A stretch of DNA of 64,000 nucleotides from Planctomycetota bacterium. GTDB lineage: Bacteria > Planctomycetota > UBA1135 > UBA2386. The stretch lies in NCBI GenBank assembly GCA_947501605.1, contig CANMWZ010000013.1, positions 1 through 64,000 on the forward strand, written 5' to 3'. The first letter of the stretch is position 1, and each line of letters opens with the position of its first letter. This document shows positions 58,956-64,000 of the stretch, piece by piece. Below the pieces are notes generated by a model, which was not told where the DNA came from, did no database searches, and saw only the letters and a list, made by a program, of their open reading frames with translations. A program made the translations under genes and the position numbers.

Positions 58956-60163
58956 GACGGCGACCTCGGGATGCGATCCATACGTGGCAGGGACCGGAAC
59001 AGGTAAAAGCTCTCGCCATCTGCAGGCACAGTGACCGTCCACGTCTGCGTGAGATCGGTCAGGATCTGGCCTCCAGAAGACAGGAAATCGACGCGAACAA
59101 CGTGCTCGCCGGGTTCGACCTCGAAGGCGGCGCCTTGGACCGTGGACGGCAACGTCGGCCAGTGCCGAACATCTGCGCTCGACGACGTCAACACGGACAG
59201 CAACAGTAGCCCGGCTCCGACCAGCGCTTTGTCGCGCGAGCCAGCGCGACTTTCGTCACCCGCCGCGAGAATCAGTGCTCCGACGCCAGCCGCGCGCGTG
59301 ACCGACTTCAACACGGCCTTGCCCTTGCGGATGCCCTCCATCTCGGTGCCGCCGCGAGTGCGCGCTTGGTAGTCGACGTCCACCAGAGTCCATGTCGGAC
59401 CACGCAGCTCGTCGTCGATCCAGATCTGGGCGCGCTGGGCGGCATGCAAGCGGGGCCGAAAGCGCGCGAGTTCTTCTTCGTCACCGGCGGCGAACTTCTC
59501 GGGACCCATGCCGATCTCGGCGAGGATCACGAGGTTGCCGGCGTTGGGCGAAGTCAGGAGCGGGTTCCCGACTTCTCCGCGCGACCCGTGCGTGCGCGCG
59601 AACTCGTCGGCCGTGACGGCCTCCTTGAAGAAGTCCTCGGCGTCAGCCGGCAAACCCATTGCGCGGCTCATGCGTCCGGCCATCCAGAACAGCAGTGTGA
59701 AGTCGGCTTGGTACTTCTCGTCCCCTGACTCGCCATCGGCCAGGATGCCCTTCTTGAATGCCGCGCGCGCGTTGTCCGGCTCGCCCTTCAGCAGATAGCA
59801 CATGCCGAGATAGAAGGCGTTCATCGCCTTCTCATAGGGATCGCCGGTGTAGCCCTTGCTGCTCTCACTTCCGACGACGGCAGAAAACGTCTCGCCACCG
59901 CTCGTCTGCCAGTTGCCCATGATCCGGGCAGCGGCACCGAAGTGCTGCCAAGCGGCATCGACGTCGCCCTGGAGCAACTCGCACTGAGCGAGCACGTTGA
60001 ACAGCAGGGCTTGGTTCTCGACGGCGCCCTCCGTCGCCTCCTTGCGGGCGAAGTCCGCAACGACCCCGAGATCGCCGGCGGCGAATCGGTCGATCGGAAT
60101 CTTTGGCTGCGACACGCCGCAAGCAAGCAGCGCGAACAGCGGCAACAGCGAGAGTATGCGCAC
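58952..60163 (-). CDS. COG3014-like TPR lipoprotein
   Basis: LLAC lipobox, Y.GDPYEK.M, DNARA, ADVRHW.TLP. Confidence 0.78.
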   Translation of the reverse strand: MRILSLLPLFALLACGVSQPKIPIDRFAAGDLGVVADFARKEATEGAVENQALLFNVLAQCELLQGDVDAAWQHFGAAARIMGNWQTSGGETFSAVVGSESSKGYTGDPYEKAMNAFYLGMCYLLKGEPDNARAAFKKGILADGESGDEKYQADFTLLFWMAGRMSRAMGLPADAEDFFKEAVTADEFARTHGSRGEVGNPLLTSPNAGNLVILAEIGMGPEKFAAGDEEELARFRPRLHAAQRAQIWIDDELRGPTWTLVDVDYQARTRGGTEMEGIRKGKAVLKSVTRAAGVGALILAAGDESRAGSRDKALVGAGLLLLSVLTSSSADVRHWPTLPSTVQGAAFEVEPGEHVVRVDFLSSGGQILTDLTQTWTVTVPADGESFYLFRSLPRMDRIPRSPS

Positions 60164-60176
60164 CTTGATCGCTGAC

Positions 60177-60782
60177 TCAGCGGGTGATGACAGACTTCTC
60201 CGACTCGAACTTGGTCTCGTAGTCGTTGGTCCAAACGAGGCGCGAGGTCTCGAGGTCGGTCAGTTCGAAGGTCACGAGGTAGTAGGCGCTCTTGAGCTTG
60301 CCGGACTGCTGCACTCGGTCCTGGATGATGCCCTTCAGGACGTAGTCCGAACCAAGCACGTTGCCCTTCATCCCCTCGTTCTGCGACACCGCGCCGTTGC
60401 GCTTGGCTTCGCGTTCCTTGCGGACCGCATCGAGGCCCTCGGCGCTGCGGTCGAGGACCGTGATCTTGGCTCCGAGCGACTTGAACAACTCGGTGCGGAG
60501 CTTGTTCAGCACGATCGTGCGGTTGATGACATCCGACGATTCGTTCTTCAGCTCGGTGATGTGGAAGGTGACCGTCTGGCCATCCGCCTGCGACGTCAGC
60601 ACCCCCGAGGCACGGATGTCATCCGCCATCTTCTTGGCCATCGTCCGGATGTCCTGGCTCTGGAGGACGGCACCGCCGACCGCATCAGGGCTATCCGGGT
60701 CGACGCGACGGTCGATCGTGCTGGAGCAGGCTGGGAGAAGGAACAGGCCGAGCAGGCCACAGCAGAGTGCAGTCGTGCGCAT
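60177..60782 (-). CDS. lpoB: Penicillin-binding protein activator LpoB-like lipoprotein
   Basis: LPAC lipobox, L.SQDI..MA.KM, N.SS..I, G.DY.L.G.I, YY..TF.LTD..T..LVW. Confidence 0.78.
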   Translation of the reverse strand: MRTTALCCGLLGLFLLPACSSTIDRRVDPDSPDAVGGAVLQSQDIRTMAKKMADDIRASGVLTSQADGQTVTFHITELKNESSDVINRTIVLNKLRTELFKSLGAKITVLDRSAEGLDAVRKEREAKRNGAVSQNEGMKGNVLGSDYVLKGIIQDRVQQSGKLKSAYYLVTFELTDLETSRLVWTNDYETKFESEKSVITR

Positions 60783-61035
60783 GAACGGAATCGTGAATGC
60801 AGGTCGTTGAGCCGGGTCCGAGGTCCTCGCACGCGACCGCGCCGCACAGAGGGCGGCGCGGAGCGCGATCGGAGGCCGAATGTTGTAACCGCGGCAGCGC
60901 CACTGACGCCATTGCTGCGAGGCACCGACTTCTCGTTTGCACGGCCCGATGCCATCAGCCCAGCGTTGCCGTCGTCGACTGTGCAACCGGGAACATGGGT
61001 CAGCGGTCGCCACGCTGTCCCCCCAACACGGGCCT

Positions 61036-61188
61036 CCCAATCGGCCAGCGCGCGAAGCGGATCCAGGGCGAGAGAGGGCCAAGAGCGGACTCGCAGTGGA
61101 CGCTGGTGCCGGTGCGGAGCGTCCCCGATGCAGCCAGCGGTCGTCGGGGTCGACCGCAGCCGCTGGCGCTTTGGGCAACCACTTCTAG
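61036..61188. mobile_element. Degenerate second copy of the MITE-like element
   Basis: Collinear similarity to 476-638, including GCAGCCAGCGG...CCGCAGCCGCTGG...AACCACTTCTAG; left TIR eroded. Confidence 0.7.
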
Positions 61189-61236
61189 GATGCGGTGACC
61201 CTTCTGACCGCACCCCCTTCACGCGGACTGCACCGG

Positions 61237-62148
61237 ATGTCCGAACTCGCCCGCAAAATCTCATCGGCTGTAGGTCAAGTTCTGCGCGGCAAAGACGACG
61301 CCGTCGACCTAGCCATGATCGCCCTGTTCGCCGGCGGCCACCTGCTGATCGAAGACAATCCCGGCGTCGGCAAGACACTTCTGGCTCGGTCCCTCGCGCG
61401 CGCTCTCGACCTACCGTTTCAACGCGTGCAGTGCACCGCCGACCTGCTGCCCTCCGACATCGTTGGCGGCCAGGTCTACAACCCGCGCACGGGCGAGTTG
61501 CATTTCCGGCCAGGCCCAGTGTTCACCTCGGTGCTGCTCGCCGACGAGCTCAACCGCACGCCACCGCGCACGCAGTCGGCCCTCCTAGAATGCATGGCCG
61601 AACGCAGCGTCACCGTGGATCGGCAGACGCACGTTCTGCCGGAGCCATTCTTCGTCATCGCGACCCAGAACCCGCGCAACGCCGCCGGCACCTACCCGTT
61701 GCCCGAGAACCAACTGGATCGGTTCCTGCTTCGGCTGCAACTCGGGTATCCGGACGCGGAACACGAGATCGATGCCGTTGCCGCCGAGGACGGTCACCGC
61801 CTCGCAAACGACGTTCGCCCAGTCGCGTCGAGCCAGGATCTGCTCGCGGCGCGGGCCAAGGTCGATGCGGTGCGTTTCGACCGCGAGCTAACCGCCTTCG
61901 TCGTGGAACTCGCACACCGCACCCGCAGCCACGGCGAACTGTCGCTCGGCGTCAGCACGCGCGGCGCCCAGGCACTGCATCGCGCCTGCCGGGCGCGCGC
62001 GTACGTGAACGGTCGCGACTTCGTCGTGCCCGACGACATCCGTGCGCTCCTTGGCCCCGCGTGGTCTCACCGCCTCCAAGCCCATGGCGGCGGCGATCCC
62101 GACGCCGCGCTGCACCAGATCCTCGCTTCGACTCCGCTGCCCGACTGA
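61237..62148 (+). CDS. moxR: MoxR family AAA+ ATPase
   Basis: HLLIED.PGVGKT, LLADELNR..P.TQSALLE.M.E, ATQNP, YPLPE.QLDRF. Confidence 0.93.
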   Translation: MSELARKISSAVGQVLRGKDDAVDLAMIALFAGGHLLIEDNPGVGKTLLARSLARALDLPFQRVQCTADLLPSDIVGGQVYNPRTGELHFRPGPVFTSVLLADELNRTPPRTQSALLECMAERSVTVDRQTHVLPEPFFVIATQNPRNAAGTYPLPENQLDRFLLRLQLGYPDAEHEIDAVAAEDGHRLANDVRPVASSQDLLAARAKVDAVRFDRELTAFVVELAHRTRSHGELSLGVSTRGAQALHRACRARAYVNGRDFVVPDDIRALLGPAWSHRLQAHGGGDPDAALHQILASTPLPD

Positions 62149-62153
62149 TTGCC

Positions 62154-63221
62154 ATGGCGACGCCGGGCCAGACCACCGAGATGACCGCGCGCGGCCGGGC
62201 CGTGGCCGGACTGGCGGCTCTGGCCTTGCTGGGCTCATGGCTCAGCGGTGATCCAAGCGTTCGCCTCGCTGCGGCCCTGCTCAGTGCACCGTTACTGGTC
62301 GACTTCGCCTGTCAGCAGCGTTCGCTCGGATCCATGCGCATCCACGTCGGCCCGCGCCGGACGATCGTGGGCGCGGCCTTCCGTGAGTCGCTGCGAGTCG
62401 AGAATGTCGGCAGCACGCCACTGCGTGAGATCGTGCTGGTCGAGCGCCGAACGCGCAGCTCGCCCACGCTACTCACGCACGCAGCCGCCGGCACAGCAGT
62501 ACAGACCTCGATGTCCTGCCACAGCCCGGAACGCAGCCATCTGCTCGAGCGCGTGTTCAACCTAGCGTCCGACTGGCCGCTTGGGTTCTTCCGCACGCAC
62601 GCGACCGCCGTGGTCCACACCGCATTGGTCACCGAACCACGCCGGGTCCCGCAGCACACGCTTCCACAACCAAACGTCGACGACCATCGCACCGAATCGA
62701 GGGAACACCCGCAGCGGCCGGGCGACGAGTTTCACGCCTTGCGCGAACACCACGAGGGCGAGGATGGCCGCGGCGTACACGCGCGTCGGTCCGCGGCACT
62801 CGGTCAATTGGTACGCACGGTCCAACGCGGTCGGGCACCAAGTGTCACTGGGATCGTGCTCGACTTGCGCCGGCCACCCGGGCGCCCGCTCAATCAGGGT
62901 CGCCTCAGGCTCGAATGGAGCCTCGGCGTCGCGGCGACTCTGGTCGAGGTCTTCCGTGACCGTGAGTGCCGCATTCGCGTCTGGGTACTCGGCACGCGCA
63001 CTGTGCGCACGACGATCATCGACGCCGCGAGCAAGCTCGACTGGCTCACGTTCTTGGCTGAGGCCACCACCGGACCTCACCGCGAGCTCGAACTCGGCGC
63101 CCTCGACGGCATCGACGAGCTCGAGGATTGCTACTGGTTGCCAGCGGGTGGTTACCGCGCACCCGAAGACCGCGAGCTGCGGCGCGGTCCGCTGCATGTG
63201 CTCGACGGGGGGCAGTCTTGA
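62154..63221 (+). CDS. DUF58 domain protein
   Basis: TM hairpin, WPLGFF, GDEFHALRE..EGED.R.VH.R.SA; follows moxR. Confidence 0.85.
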   Translation: MATPGQTTEMTARGRAVAGLAALALLGSWLSGDPSVRLAAALLSAPLLVDFACQQRSLGSMRIHVGPRRTIVGAAFRESLRVENVGSTPLREIVLVERRTRSSPTLLTHAAAGTAVQTSMSCHSPERSHLLERVFNLASDWPLGFFRTHATAVVHTALVTEPRRVPQHTLPQPNVDDHRTESREHPQRPGDEFHALREHHEGEDGRGVHARRSAALGQLVRTVQRGRAPSVTGIVLDLRRPPGRPLNQGRLRLEWSLGVAATLVEVFRDRECRIRVWVLGTRTVRTTIIDAASKLDWLTFLAEATTGPHRELELGALDGIDELEDCYWLPAGGYRAPEDRELRRGPLHVLDGGQS

Positions 63222-64000
63222 ACCACGTTGCGCGCGATCCCGTACTCGCCTCGCGACGCGTCTGCCGCTTGCTGTTGCTGGCGTGCGCGGCCATCGCGAT
63301 CGCGGCTGTGCCGATCGAGTCGATGACGTGGCAGTGGCTGACCGCACTCTTGGCGCCGGCAGCGCTCATCGCCGCGCTTTCGGTCACCGAGTCGTGGCCG
63401 TTCCGGCGGGCGCTCGCACTCACGCTACTGCAGCTGTCTTCGTGCTTACTAGCGCTGCAGACTGCCGGTCCGCTGCCGCGCCCAGTCGCGCTCGCGGCGA
63501 TGCTGTTGCCACCGCTCGCCTTCGTCGTCGTGCGTCGCCACGAGACCGATCGTTCGCTCGGACTCTTCTTGAGCCTATGTGTGTTGCTCGTCGGCACGAT
63601 CCTGCAACCGGCCGAGCCAGCATTGGTGCTCGCCTATGTGTTGGTAGCTACGGCTCAACTCCGCTGCGATTCCCGTCTGCGCGCACTCGAGCTCTGCGCC
63701 GCGCCGACACCGAACGCCCACGCACCTCGACCCAGCATCTGGTTGCTCAGCAGCCTGCTCGGGGTGCTCTCCACTGCCGTGGCGTTCGCGGTCGACGCCG
63801 CCCTCGACCGCCTACCGGCACTCGAATCCCTGCGGGCCGCCCCCGCGCAACAGCCCGCGACCAGCAAGAAGCGCAGTACCGGCTTGTCGGATCAGTTCGA
63901 ACTCGGCGGCGACGGTGTGCTCTCGAACCTCAGGGGTGAACACCTGCTCACCGCGCGCAGCACCGACAGCAGCGCCATCTCGCCGCGGCTCTACCTGCGA
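63218..64000 (+). CDS. TgpA/DUF3488 transglutaminase-family membrane protein, N-terminal part (runs off the right edge)
   Basis: Absent from the ORF track because it has no stop in the window. TTG overlaps the DUF58 stop; multi-TM; TGLSDQFELGG...LYLR; MoxR-DUF58 context. Confidence 0.75.
   Translation, partial: MNHVARDPVLASRRVCRLLLLACAAIAIAAVPIESMTWQWLTALLAPAALIAALSVTESWPFRRALALTLLQLSSCLLALQTAGPLPRPVALAAMLLPPLAFVVVRRHETDRSLGLFLSLCVLLVGTILQPAEPALVLAYVLVATAQLRCDSRLRALELCAAPTPNAHAPRPSIWLLSSLLGVLSTAVAFAVDAALDRLPALESLRAAPAQQPATSKKRSTGLSDQFELGGDGVLSNLRGEHLLTARSTDSSAISPRLYLR

Noticed and set aside
59997..63221. 1074-aa ORF
   Set aside because: It is an antisense shadow of lpoB and an alternative frame of moxR; only 62154-63221 (DUF58) is credible.
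61237..64000. MoxR-DUF58-transglutaminase as a novel system
   Set aside because: This is a well-known conserved operon.

Overview
GC-rich bacterial chromosome segment with about 45 CDSs. The gene content (HEAT-repeat, carboxypeptidase-regulatory-like, prenyltransferase-barrel and Pro-rich TPR secreted proteins, Tat TIM barrel) suggests Planctomycetota, but this is inference only. The left edge holds an IS1182-like transposase start inserted at a CTAG in a decayed small gene, plus a MITE-like element whose diverged second copy lies 60 kb away. The rest is mainly envelope, signalling and metabolic genes: YtrA-type GntR/ABC operon, galK, ilvA coupled to an orphan nuclease-less N6-adenine DNA methyltransferase, tamB plus a lipoprotein tamA, three histidine kinases, an atypical Ser/Thr kinase, a three-gene multidomain glycosyltransferase/methyltransferase cluster, an lpoB-led lipoprotein operon and MoxR-DUF58-TgpA. 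The most notable hidden signal is a recurring sigma28/FliA/WhiG-like promoter motif, (T/A)CAA(G/C)-N15-16-(G/A)CCGA(T/A)A, upstream of four non-flagellar units. I saw no rRNA, tRNA, CRISPR or prophage. I cannot demonstrate a complete new system from sequence alone. All family calls come from motif recognition, not database searches.
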